Of a stretch of 47,065 nucleotides of DNA, positions 35,264-44,015 are shown piece by piece (the first letter of the stretch is position 1; the number at the start of each line of letters is the position of its first letter). A program made the translations under genes and the position numbers. Under the pieces are notes generated by a model that was not told the DNA's origin, did not search any database, and was given only the letters and a program-made list of their open reading frames with translations. This stretch comes from Actinomycetes bacterium (GTDB lineage: Bacteria > Actinomycetota > Aquicultoria > CAJVYJ01 > JAUVQD01): positions 1-47,065 of the forward strand of contig JAUWRD010000002.1 in the NCBI GenBank assembly GCA_030610765.1, given 5' to 3'.

Positions 35264-35281
35264 ATTTAGACTTTACTCAAA

Positions 35282-35563
35282 CTAAATCTTGGGGACTCCA
35301 AAAGAGTCGTCCTCTCTATCAGGCGCGTTCGCGAGCGCTGCTTCAAGATCTAATTCTTTGCCAACTTTGTCTTCCCGGAAGACATTAACAACCGGAAGAG
35401 CGTGGGCCGTCGGCTCAACACCTTTGGTGTCGAGTTCCTCTATTTTCCCGGCATGCTCTAGAATTTGATCAAGCTGCCTGGCAAAGAGCTCTTTTTCGGT
35501 CTCACTTAGCTCGAGGCGCGCTAAAAGAGCTATATGTTCAACTTCCTCTTTTGAAATAGACAT
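35282..35563 (-). CDS. gatC: Asp/Glu-tRNA(Asn/Gln) amidotransferase subunit C
   Basis: It begins MSISKEEVEHIALLARLEL... at the ATG at 35563. The 12 extra codons in the track ORF are probably not translated. Confidence 0.9.
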   Translation of the reverse strand: MSISKEEVEHIALLARLELSETEKELFARQLDQILEHAGKIEELDTKGVEPTAHALPVVNVFREDKVGKELDLEAALANAPDREDDSFGVPKI

Positions 35564-35628
35564 GGAGAGAATATACCAAGTCTGGCCCGACTTGGGCAAG
35601 CGATAATAAGTTCTTACGTCCTAACTTG

Positions 35629-36120
35629 TTAGAAGCCCATCTTAGGCGCGGGCGCGGTCAGGGTAATTGATGAGCCTTCAGATTCACCTTTGTCGTTTCG
35701 AAACCTGCGGGCGTCTATTAGAAAACTGACGTCTTCCAATTCACTCTTAATAATGGCGATATTTTGAGCGACGTCGAGGGTCGGGCCGCTCATATTCCAC
35801 TTCTGCTCGAGCATGGTGTCGTAATACCAGGCAAATATTTTATCTGCTGAATCAACTGTTCTGAAAAATAACTTCAAGCCGCCGGTGGGAGTGGTTGATG
35901 CTTCCACAAGCTCAGCACGAGGATACACGGGAATTTGTTTTGGCCAACTACCGGGAACTTTAATGCTCGTGGCTTTTGTGGCTTCTGTCTTTGCGTTCGG
36001 TCTTTTAACTTTCGGAACCTCAACGTTCTTCTGAGCCGACATATCACAGCTCGCTAACGTGAGGGACGCGAAAAGCGCCACAAAAACCCAAAGTATAAGT
36101 CTAATTGGTCTTTGTGACAC
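35629..36120 (-). CDS. Hypothetical lipoprotein
   Basis: It has a signal peptide with the lipobox LTLASC. I recognise no family. Confidence 0.6.
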   Translation of the reverse strand: MSQRPIRLILWVFVALFASLTLASCDMSAQKNVEVPKVKRPNAKTEATKATSIKVPGSWPKQIPVYPRAELVEASTTPTGGLKLFFRTVDSADKIFAWYYDTMLEQKWNMSGPTLDVAQNIAIIKSELEDVSFLIDARRFRNDKGESEGSSITLTAPAPKMGF

Positions 36121-36257
36121 TTTTGCTGCCTCCGCCCGAAAACAACTGATTTATGATTACGCAAGAGGATTTATACCCTTAGAGGTATTGGATAAACATT
36201 AAGATGGAGGCAGGACTAAAAACGCTTGTATTGCAACAATTTCAGGTTCAAAAAAGC

Positions 36258-38930
36258 TTATATTATTTCGCGGCGCTCTTTTTTTTGGGTATTTTTTGAT
36301 ATTTTTTCAGACAGGGTCGCTTGAGCCGCGGCCAATCTTGCCAATGGAACCCGAAAAGGAGAACAGCTGACATAGTCAAGGCCCGCCTCATGAAATAACT
36401 TCACTGATGTCGGGTCTCCGCCGTGCTCGCCACAAACCCCCAGCTTTAGCCCGGGGTTCTGCTCTCGTCCCAATCTGCAGGCCATGTCGATCAATTTCAC
36501 AACCGCGACATCGACAACTTCGAAGGGATTGGTGTCCATTATCTTTCGCTCAAGATAACGCGCTAGAAATTTCCCCTCAACATCATCACGACTAAAACCA
36601 AATACGGTCTGCGTCAAATCATTGGTTCCAAACGAAAAGAACTCGGCGTGTTTGGCTATTTCATCCGCCAACACCGCGGCCCTGGGCAACTCGATCATCG
36701 TCCCGATCTTATATGGGACATCTTGACCGGTTCGCTCCAGCACTTCTACACAGACAGCCTTCGCTTCTCCGCGAAGAACTTCCAACTCACGCTCGAGGGC
36801 AACGAGAGGAATCATTATCTCCACTATTGGATTCTTGCCGGCCGCTTTAAGCTCGGCTGCCGCCTCCATAATTGCTCTGACTTGCATTTCATATAGGCCC
36901 GGTTCAACCAAACCCAAACGACAGCCGCGGAGACCAAGCATCGGATTAGACTCAGACATTGCTCGAACGCGCTGAAGCAATGATCGCTTGCGCTGAAACT
37001 CTTCGTCGTCAACCGCCTGGTCTTCCATCTTCGCCACTTCAACCTCAAGCTCCACTAACCCGGGAAGGAACTCGTGAAGCGGCGGATCAAGTAAGCGGAT
37101 TGTCACCGGTAAACCATCCATCGCCTCCAGAATGCCTAAGAAGTCATGTTTTTGAACCGCCATGAGTGAGTCCAGGGCTTCTTTCTTATCCTGCTCGTTA
37201 CCTAAGATCATCTTTTGAACGATCGGTAGCCTATCTCCTAAAAACATGTGCTCAGTACGAGCAAGACCAATACCTTCAGCACCAAACTCTCTTGCTTTGG
37301 CCGCGTCCTCCGGCGTATCAGCGTTTGTCCTGACACCGAGACGGCGCACTTCGTCGGCCCATTTAAGCATCGTGTCAAAATCCGGGGTAGGCGTTGGCGG
37401 AACAAGAGACACTTCTCCAACCACAACTCGACCGGAAGTTCCATCGATGCTAATAACTTCGCCCTCTTTTACCTGAGTGCCATTAACACTAAATGTCTTG
37501 TTGGCTACGTCTATATTTAAGACTGCGCAACCAGCTACACAAGGCTTGCCCATTCCACGTGCGACAACCGCGGCGTGGCTTGTCTTCCCGCCATGGCTCG
37601 TTAATATTCCTTGAGCGGCAATCATCCCGTGAAGATCATCGGGTGTCGTCTCCCACCTGGTAAGAATTACTTTCTCTCCTTTTTCACCAAGGTCTTGTGC
37701 AATATCGGCGTCAAAAACCACTTTCCCGACAGCTGCTCCCGGAGACGCGTTCAAGCCGGTCGCGATAACATCTACTTCTTGATCGGGATCAAACCGCGGG
37801 TGCAGAAGTTGATCAAGTTGTTCCGGCTCAATTCGCATCACAGCCTCTTCTTTGTTGATCAAACCCTCTTCTACCATATCAACGGCGATCTTAAGAGCCG
37901 CGGCCGCGGTTCTTTTACCGATTCTAGTTTGAAGCATATATAGTTTGCCTTGTTCAATCGTGAACTCTGTGTCGCACATATCGCGATAGTGTTTTTCAAG
38001 AATATCCAGTGTCTTCATTAACTCGTCAAATATTTCAGGCATGTCATTTTTCAGATTGGCAATCGGCTCAGTGATACGAATTCCCGCGACAACATCTTCC
38101 CCTTGCGCGTTTATCAGATAATCCCCGTAAGTATCGTTATAGCCAGTAGCCGCGTCCCGCGTAAACGCTACCCCTGTGGCCGACGAATCGCCTTTGTTTC
38201 CAAAAACCATCGTCTGGATATTTACAGCCGTACCAAGTTCGTCGGAAATTTTATAATGCCGGCGATAATCTTGAGCCCGTTTGTTGTTCCACGAGTCAAA
38301 AACCGCCTTGATCGATAAATCCAGCTGGTCTTTAGGCTTTTGAGGAAAATCTCGCCCTGCGCTATCTCGAACAATTGTCTTGAATCTGCTAATTAACTCC
38401 TGGAGGTCAACGGCTGTCAGCTCAACATCGTCTGTGACGCCTTTTTCTTCTTTTAAGACCTTAATTGAATCTTCAAAAAGCTGGCCATCGACATCCATGA
38501 CGACCTTGCCGAACATCTGAATAAACCGGCGATAAGAATCATATGCAAAACGAGGGTTTTCTGTTAGCGCGACCAAGCCGGTTACGCTTTGATCATTTAA
38601 GCCTAGGTTGAGAACGGTATCCATCATCCCAGGCATAGAGAAAGGCGCCCCGGATCGAACACTGACAAGCAAAGGGTCGAACTTATCGCCCAATTTCTTG
38701 CCGGTCTCAGCCTCTAGCTGAGCCAGATGCTCATCGATGCTTTCACTCAATCCCGGTGGAAAAGCACCAGTTTTCGAAAAAGCCCTGCAAGCACCAGTGG
38801 TGATTGTAAAGCCAGGCGGCACAGGCAAACCCAAATTTGTCATCTCCGCTAAGTTCGCCCCTTTGCCCCCGAGAACATATTTCATGTCCGTGCGACCTTC
38901 CTCGAAGGTATAAACAAACTTTTCAGTCAT
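36258..38930 (-). CDS. ppdK: Pyruvate, phosphate dikinase
   Basis: It is 890 aa. It has an N-terminal GGKGANLAEM, the phosphohistidine region GGKTSHAAVVARGMGKP and a PEP-utilising C-terminus (GICGE-like CGEHGGDP). Confidence 0.97.
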   Translation of the reverse strand: MTEKFVYTFEEGRTDMKYVLGGKGANLAEMTNLGLPVPPGFTITTGACRAFSKTGAFPPGLSESIDEHLAQLEAETGKKLGDKFDPLLVSVRSGAPFSMPGMMDTVLNLGLNDQSVTGLVALTENPRFAYDSYRRFIQMFGKVVMDVDGQLFEDSIKVLKEEKGVTDDVELTAVDLQELISRFKTIVRDSAGRDFPQKPKDQLDLSIKAVFDSWNNKRAQDYRRHYKISDELGTAVNIQTMVFGNKGDSSATGVAFTRDAATGYNDTYGDYLINAQGEDVVAGIRITEPIANLKNDMPEIFDELMKTLDILEKHYRDMCDTEFTIEQGKLYMLQTRIGKRTAAAALKIAVDMVEEGLINKEEAVMRIEPEQLDQLLHPRFDPDQEVDVIATGLNASPGAAVGKVVFDADIAQDLGEKGEKVILTRWETTPDDLHGMIAAQGILTSHGGKTSHAAVVARGMGKPCVAGCAVLNIDVANKTFSVNGTQVKEGEVISIDGTSGRVVVGEVSLVPPTPTPDFDTMLKWADEVRRLGVRTNADTPEDAAKAREFGAEGIGLARTEHMFLGDRLPIVQKMILGNEQDKKEALDSLMAVQKHDFLGILEAMDGLPVTIRLLDPPLHEFLPGLVELEVEVAKMEDQAVDDEEFQRKRSLLQRVRAMSESNPMLGLRGCRLGLVEPGLYEMQVRAIMEAAAELKAAGKNPIVEIMIPLVALERELEVLRGEAKAVCVEVLERTGQDVPYKIGTMIELPRAAVLADEIAKHAEFFSFGTNDLTQTVFGFSRDDVEGKFLARYLERKIMDTNPFEVVDVAVVKLIDMACRLGREQNPGLKLGVCGEHGGDPTSVKLFHEAGLDYVSCSPFRVPLARLAAAQATLSEKISKNTQKKERREII

Positions 38931-39005
38931 CTTGACTGCCCTCCTAAGAGCCTCATAAGTCCTTTTACCAGCCGATACTCATTTACCATCATATTTTTAT
39001 ACCCT

Positions 39006-41096
39006 CTAGAGCATCTTCGAAAAGTCAGCGACCTGCCCCGAAACCAATAGAACCTGATTCAGCAGTTTCAACCGGTTGTCTCGGATATTTTTGTCTTCAG
39101 CCATTACCATGACAGCGTCAAAAAATTTATCTATCTGCTCTCTCATCGACGCCAACAAATTCATGGCGGGCTCAAGGTTGCCGCTCTGAACGATCTTTGA
39201 CATCTCAACCTGAGCCGCGAGAGCCGTGTCAAAAAGGCTTTTTTCTTCAGCCTTCTCAAACAATGACTCTTCAACATCCCCCGCAGACTTGTCTTTAACC
39301 AGATTTTGGCACCGGGTAAACGCGACTTTTATATCGTCCAACTCTTTCTTGCCCCGAAAACCATCGATCAAGCCAACTCTTTTTTTGATTTCACTCACAT
39401 TGTCAAAATGCGCCGCCAAAACAGCGTCAACCGTGTCGGGTTCCGCGCCTGTGTTGTTTAGTGATCTTTTCAATCTAGCGACAATGAATTCTTGGAGTTG
39501 TGCTGCGATTTCTGCTGCATCTTCTGTTGAGACGTTTGCTTCTTTGTAATTGTCAATCGCTAACTCGACAATCCCCATTATACCAATTGGCCACTGACTT
39601 TGTGATAAAATTCCAATAATTCCCGCGGCCTGCCTTCGAAGCGAATATGGATCAGTCGAACCAGTCGGAATAAGGCCCGCCAAAAAGCAACCGACGACCG
39701 AATCTGTTTTATCGACCAACGCCGCCACCTGGCCAACTATTGTCTTAGGTGGCTCGTCGTCCGCAAACCGAGGTTGGTAATGCTCCTTGATGGCTTCAGC
39801 GACTTCCGCTTCCTCCCCGTCAACCAAAGCATATTCTTTTCCGACCACCCCTTGAAGATCTGTAAATTCGATTACCATCGATGTCGTAAGATCCGCTTTA
39901 GCCAGTAGAATTGCCCGATCAATCTTCTTTTTGCTCTTGTCATCAAGACCGATCAAACCGGCAATCCGGTCGGCGAGACGCCGCGAGCGTTCGGTTTTTT
40001 CATAGACGGTTCCGAGCTTTGCCTGCCAAACGACATCTTTAAGCCGATCGACCTTGGATTCAAGTGTCGTCTTAGTATCTTCATGGAAAAAGAAAGCCGC
40101 GTCGGCCAGGCGGGCTCTTAAAACCCGTTCGTGACCTCGCCTGATCTGATCATTATGCTTAGGGTCTCCATTATGCACAACAGCAAAAAGCGGCAATAAC
40201 TGACCCTTACTATTTTCAATTGGAAAATACCGCTGGTGCGATTCCATGGCCGTGACTAAAACCTGGCGCGGGATCTTAAGAAAGTCCTTGTCAAAACTAC
40301 CGACCACCGCGTGCGGATCCTCAACTAAATAGGTGACCTCATGAAGAATTCGACCGTCAATGGCGGCACGGCCACCGGCAGCTTCAGCGACCGCGTCGAT
40401 CTGACCTTTGAGATTAAGCTCAGCTGAAGGCGCGTTAGAAAACTTTACTTTCGCTTTCTCAAGTGTTTCTTCGTAATCATCGGCCGTAGCTAACTCAAAA
40501 GGCCCTTTTGCTAAAAAACGATGGCCAAATGTCTGACGTCCTGAAACAAGACCGGCAAACTCAACTGGAACCACTTTATCGCCAAAGAGAGCGACCAGCC
40601 ATCGGACCGGGCGGATAAATTTTGTTTGACCGCTCCCCCATCGCATGGCTTTTGTAAACTCCAAACTCTTGATAAGCGTTGTCAGTAAGTCCGGAAGGAC
40701 TTTCTCTGTTGCAAGCCCTGGATATTTCTTGACGGCGAAGACATATTCCCCACCATCCACTTCCTTGATTTCAAGATCATCTAGCTCTGCCCCTAGTGAC
40801 TTGGCAAAACCCACAGCTGCCGGAGTCGGAGCGCCGTCTTCTGTGTAAGCCGCGCGTTTTGGCGGACCCTTTACGCTCTCTTCAGCCGACTCCTGGTTTA
40901 GCGCTAAGCCCCTAACGATCAGGACCAGTCTGCGAGGTGTCGCCCGGGCCAGCACTATAGCGTCTTGGCTATCCGTCTTCAGCCGATATTCGCGCAGCAA
41001 AGCGTCAGCCTGAAATGCAAGCTGGTCAACGCCGGTTGCAGCCGCGGACGCCGGCATCTCCTCTGTACCTATTTCAAAAAGAAGTGTTTTAGACAT
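39006..41096 (-). CDS. glyS: Glycine--tRNA ligase beta subunit
   Basis: It is a 696-aa protein with a GlyS-like N-terminus ([12 protein letters not shown]). It overlaps glyQ by 8 nt. Confidence 0.95.
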   Translation of the reverse strand: MSKTLLFEIGTEEMPASAAATGVDQLAFQADALLREYRLKTDSQDAIVLARATPRRLVLIVRGLALNQESAEESVKGPPKRAAYTEDGAPTPAAVGFAKSLGAELDDLEIKEVDGGEYVFAVKKYPGLATEKVLPDLLTTLIKSLEFTKAMRWGSGQTKFIRPVRWLVALFGDKVVPVEFAGLVSGRQTFGHRFLAKGPFELATADDYEETLEKAKVKFSNAPSAELNLKGQIDAVAEAAGGRAAIDGRILHEVTYLVEDPHAVVGSFDKDFLKIPRQVLVTAMESHQRYFPIENSKGQLLPLFAVVHNGDPKHNDQIRRGHERVLRARLADAAFFFHEDTKTTLESKVDRLKDVVWQAKLGTVYEKTERSRRLADRIAGLIGLDDKSKKKIDRAILLAKADLTTSMVIEFTDLQGVVGKEYALVDGEEAEVAEAIKEHYQPRFADDEPPKTIVGQVAALVDKTDSVVGCFLAGLIPTGSTDPYSLRRQAAGIIGILSQSQWPIGIMGIVELAIDNYKEANVSTEDAAEIAAQLQEFIVARLKRSLNNTGAEPDTVDAVLAAHFDNVSEIKKRVGLIDGFRGKKELDDIKVAFTRCQNLVKDKSAGDVEESLFEKAEEKSLFDTALAAQVEMSKIVQSGNLEPAMNLLASMREQIDKFFDAVMVMAEDKNIRDNRLKLLNQVLLVSGQVADFSKML

Positions 41097-41955
41097 TTTC
41101 TTCCCTTTGCTCTATGTAGGTTGCGGCACAAGCTCGAGCGAGCCCGCGAACTCTGGCGATAAACCGAACTCTTTCAGTAACGCTTATGGCTCCGCGCGCG
41201 TCTAACATGTTGAAAGCATGCGAACATTTAAGAACATAATCGTAGGCCGGTGAGACTAACCCTTCGCCGATAGCCTTCTTGGCTTCAGACTCAAAGCTGT
41301 CAAACAGACCAAACAACATATCGACATTGGCAATCTCAAAGTTATATTTTGACCACTCAACTTCATCTCGATGATGAATATCACCGTACTTCAGCTTGTC
41401 TGTCCACATGAGATCATAGACGCTCTCTTTGCCCTGAATATACATGGCGATACGTTCAAGTCCATAGGTTATTTCAGCGGAAACAAGCGGCAATTCTACT
41501 CCGCCGACCTGCTGAAAGTAGGTGAATTGAGTAATTTCCATGCCGTCAAGCCAGACTTCCCAGCCCAAACCCCACGCGCCTAGAGTTGGTGACTCCCAAT
41601 CGTCCTCGACTAAACGGATATCATGCTCATCGGGTTTTATGCCTATTGCGCGCAGGCTGTTGAAATAAGTGTCTAATACGTCATCAGGTGAGGGTTTCAG
41701 GATGACTTGAAATTGATAGTAATGCTGGAGTCTATTGGGATTCTCACCATATCGGCCATCTGTCGGCCGCCTGGACGGCTCAACATAAGCGACTTGCCAC
41801 GGCTCTGGTCCGAGACTTTTTAAGAATGTAGCCGGATTAAATGTTCCGGCCCCTACTTCAATATCGTATGGCTGAAAGATCAAACAACCGTAATCAGCCC
41901 AGTAGTTTTGTAGTTTTAGGATTATATCTTGGAAGCTAAGCGGCTTCTGCTCCAA
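41089..41955 (-). CDS. glyQ: Glycine--tRNA ligase alpha subunit
   Basis: [17 protein letters not shown]...[11 protein letters not shown] matches the GlyQ N-terminus. It has a TTG start at the end of the leader U-tract. Confidence 0.95.
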   Translation of the reverse strand: MEQKPLSFQDIILKLQNYWADYGCLIFQPYDIEVGAGTFNPATFLKSLGPEPWQVAYVEPSRRPTDGRYGENPNRLQHYYQFQVILKPSPDDVLDTYFNSLRAIGIKPDEHDIRLVEDDWESPTLGAWGLGWEVWLDGMEITQFTYFQQVGGVELPLVSAEITYGLERIAMYIQGKESVYDLMWTDKLKYGDIHHRDEVEWSKYNFEIANVDMLFGLFDSFESEAKKAIGEGLVSPAYDYVLKCSHAFNMLDARGAISVTERVRFIARVRGLARACAATYIEQREENV

Positions 41956-41957
41956 AA

Positions 41958-42160
41958 AAAATAAACCTCTCTCCCCAATGCAGGGACGAAAGATTTCTCT
42001 TTTCGCGGTTCCACCCTACTTGACAACCAAAAACGCGGTTTGTCCTCTCATTTTTCTAAAGGCTCCGAAGCCCCTTCGCCGACTGTTGCCGGCTCTCACT
42101 GTTCCGGCTCGCTCTTAGTCGTCAGCTACTCTTCTTCATCTGCGCCTCTGTATAAGATTA
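41958..42160 (-). promoter_or_regulatory. T-box leader (glycine specifier GGC) controlling glyQS
   Basis: The minus strand carries the T-box sequence AGTAGGGTGGAACCGCG (plus 42004..42020). Upstream are AGAGA/GTGAGAG-type stem I elements and GCC-GGC-A in the specifier region (GGC = plus 42088..42090). Downstream is the hairpin TTTCGTCCC/GGGGAGAGA followed by TTTATTTTTTTT. Confidence 0.85.
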
Positions 42161-42166
42161 GCTAAG

Positions 42167-42195
42167 ATATTAACAAACGCCTTTTTGACTGTCAA
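42167..42195 (-). promoter_or_regulatory. Predicted glyQS promoter
   Basis: On the minus strand there is a -35 TTGACA (42190..42195), a 17-nt spacer and a -10 TAATAT (42167..42172). Confidence 0.6.
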
Positions 42196-42271
42196 TAAAT
42201 CGTTTAGCTGGCATTATTTTGATTAAAACTAAGGTATCGGGATAAAAAATAGGACAAGGAGGACGAGAATA

Positions 42272-42757
42272 ATGGAAAAAGAAGAAGTTCGACACGCTAT
42301 CGGAAACACGTTGATATTTGCCCTCGGGATAGGTGTAGGTTTTTTAACGGCACCGAAGACCGGGAGAGGAACACGAGCATGGTTACACGATAAAACGCAG
42401 CATTACAAAAAGGAAATGCGGACAGCCGAGCGTCGCGTCAAATCAAAAGTCGCTTACGAGGAAGGTCAGCTTAAAGGATTGGCCCACAAAGCAAAACAGC
42501 TCACCATTGTGCCGGGAGAAGATGGATATGTTGATGACGTGGTTACGCAACGAGTCAGAACAAAGATTGGTGAAAACCCGGGGACAGCCCATCTACCGCG
42601 TATAAATGTCGACACCGCTGATCAAGTCGTGACTTTGCGAGGACGTGTGCCATCTGATCGGGAAAAAGAGACGCTCGAGAAGATCGCAACGGATGAGCCC
42701 GGTGTCGAAAAAGTTATCAACAAAGTAACTGTGTCCAGAAAAAAGGCCACCGGATAA
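42272..42757 (+). CDS. YtxH-like N-terminal segment plus BON-domain protein
   Basis: The N-terminus has a hydrophobic helix then APKTGRGTRAWLHDKT (YtxH-like). The C-terminus, VDTADQVVTLRGRVPSDREKETLEKIA...GVEKVINKVTV, follows the BON-domain pattern. The SD is AAGGAGGA. Confidence 0.7.
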   Translation: MEKEEVRHAIGNTLIFALGIGVGFLTAPKTGRGTRAWLHDKTQHYKKEMRTAERRVKSKVAYEEGQLKGLAHKAKQLTIVPGEDGYVDDVVTQRVRTKIGENPGTAHLPRINVDTADQVVTLRGRVPSDREKETLEKIATDEPGVEKVINKVTVSRKKATG

Positions 42758-42762
42758 CGACT

Positions 42763-43167
42763 ATGGCCAAGAACAAGTTTATTGAAGTGATCAACAAAGA
42801 GCTGGGCTTGAGAGATTCAAAACACGCTGAAATAGCAGCCGGCATTGTTTTGAATACCCTTCAGGAGCGGCTGACGGAAGATCAGGCAGAGCGCATTGAA
42901 GCCGATCTTCCAAAAGAACTCAAGCCCATGTGGTCGCGGGGGCTTACCGATAAACTGCTGTCACTCTGGCGGGGGCCGGAAAAAATGACCAAAGGTCAGT
43001 TCTATGATCGGATTCAAAACCGGGCACATCTAGCAAGTCGGGCTGAAACCGAACATCTAACCCGGGGAGTCTTCAAAGCCCTCAAGCGCCAGCTGCCTCA
43101 AGAGCAGGGCGAAGACGTCGCTACCCAGCTCCCGAGAGACCTAAAGAACTTATGGAACGCGTCTTAA
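42763..43167 (+). CDS. DUF2267-like protein
   Basis: It contains repeated helical modules with an (L/Q)LP(K/R)(E/D)LK..(M/L)W pattern (ADLPKELKPMW, QLPRDLKNLW). This matches my recollection of DUF2267. Confidence 0.55.
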   Translation: MAKNKFIEVINKELGLRDSKHAEIAAGIVLNTLQERLTEDQAERIEADLPKELKPMWSRGLTDKLLSLWRGPEKMTKGQFYDRIQNRAHLASRAETEHLTRGVFKALKRQLPQEQGEDVATQLPRDLKNLWNAS

Positions 43168-43201
43168 GAAAACTAAAAGCAGGGTCTGGTATGATGTCAA
43201 T

Positions 43202-43420
43202 ATGGCTGAAATAAAGATATATACAAAACCGGGTTGCCCTTATTGCGCCGCTGCCAAGACAGATTTAGATGGCAGGGGCTTAGAATATGAAGAGATCGAC
43301 GTCCTAAGCGACGCCACGGCTTTGGATGAGATGTCCAAATTATCCGGCGGAAAAACTGTGCCGGTCATAGTCGATGGTGAAAAAGTGACCGTCGGCTTTG
43401 GCGGCGGTTGAAGTGTTTAA
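43202..43420 (+). CDS. Small glutaredoxin-like protein, candidate selenoprotein read through the TGA at 43409 (…GFGGG-U-S-V-stop)
   Basis: It has a glutaredoxin fold with CPYC, a TVP cis-Pro and a GG turn. The conventional ORF stops at TGA (43409..43411), which is followed in frame by AGT GTT TAA. A hairpin begins 17 nt after the TGA. As a plain 69-aa glutaredoxin-like CDS (43202..43411) confidence is about 0.9. For the Sec extension it is about 0.5. Confidence 0.55.
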
Positions 43421-43428
43421 CTTCCCTA

Positions 43429-43446
43429 CAACCGCGGTCGCGGTTG
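43429..43446 (+). promoter_or_regulatory. Candidate bacterial SECIS hairpin
   Basis: The sequence CAACCGC-GGTC-GCGGTTG forms a 7-bp GC-rich stem with a GGUC apical loop, starting 17 nt 3' of the TGA. Neither strand has a T-run after it, so it is a poor intrinsic terminator. Confidence 0.45.
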
Positions 43447-43460
43447 ACTAGCATTTAGAA

Positions 43461-43865
43461 TTACTGCTTCGGAAAGAAAATACCGATTTCACGCTTGGCG
43501 CTATCAACAGAGTCAGAGCCGTGTACAATATTCTCGGTAATTTCCAGCGCGAACGCTCCTCTTAAGCTTCCAGGATCAGCTTCAAGCGGATTCGTCGCCC
43601 CGTTTAATTTCCTGGCAGCGGCGACAGCCCCGACACCTTCTAAGACCATTAAGACGACGGGGCCAGACGTCACATGCTTAACTAAGTCGTCAAAAAAAGG
43701 TTTGTCAACATGTTCGCCATAGTGCTGCCTGGCAATATCGGCGCTCAAATTATCCATTCGCAGGTCAACTATTTTTAGACCTTTTGCCTCGTACCGACGA
43801 AGACACTCGCCTGTAAGCTGTTTTCTTACTCCATCCGGTTTTATCATTACAAATGTTCGTTCCAT
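43461..43865 (-). CDS. ndk: Nucleoside-diphosphate kinase
   Basis: It begins MERTFVMIKPDGV and carries the active-site NIVHGSDS. The ATG at 43865 is preceded by AAGGGAGAA. The longer track ORF adds 11 unlikely codons. Confidence 0.95.
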   Translation of the reverse strand: MERTFVMIKPDGVRKQLTGECLRRYEAKGLKIVDLRMDNLSADIARQHYGEHVDKPFFDDLVKHVTSGPVVLMVLEGVGAVAAARKLNGATNPLEADPGSLRGAFALEITENIVHGSDSVDSAKREIGIFFPKQ

Positions 43866-43948
43866 TAATTCTCCCTTGCCTAGTCGCTGCACGATCAAAA
43901 TCTCCAGATGTCAGTTTAGCCAAAAATATACTAAAACAAAACAGTTTC

Positions 43949-44007
43949 TTGACAAACCTTACCCCCCGGGGGTATACCTTATATAACATAATTTTCTGGG
44001 GGTATAC
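43949..44007 (+). promoter_or_regulatory. Predicted copA promoter with a CsoR-type GC-rich pseudo-palindromic operator
   Basis: The -35 TTGACA is at 43949..43954. The operator TACCCCCCGGGGGTA (43960..43974) overlaps the spacer and -10 region. GGGGGTATAC is repeated at 43968..43977 and 43998..44007. Confidence 0.5.
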
Positions 44008-44015
44008 TGAAAACA

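Noticed and set aside
43429-43446. The hairpin between the glutaredoxin-like gene and ndk, considered as a bidirectional intrinsic terminator.
   Set aside because: Neither strand has a T-run after the stem. I kept it as a possible SECIS instead, although a role as a simple stabilising 3' hairpin cannot be excluded.
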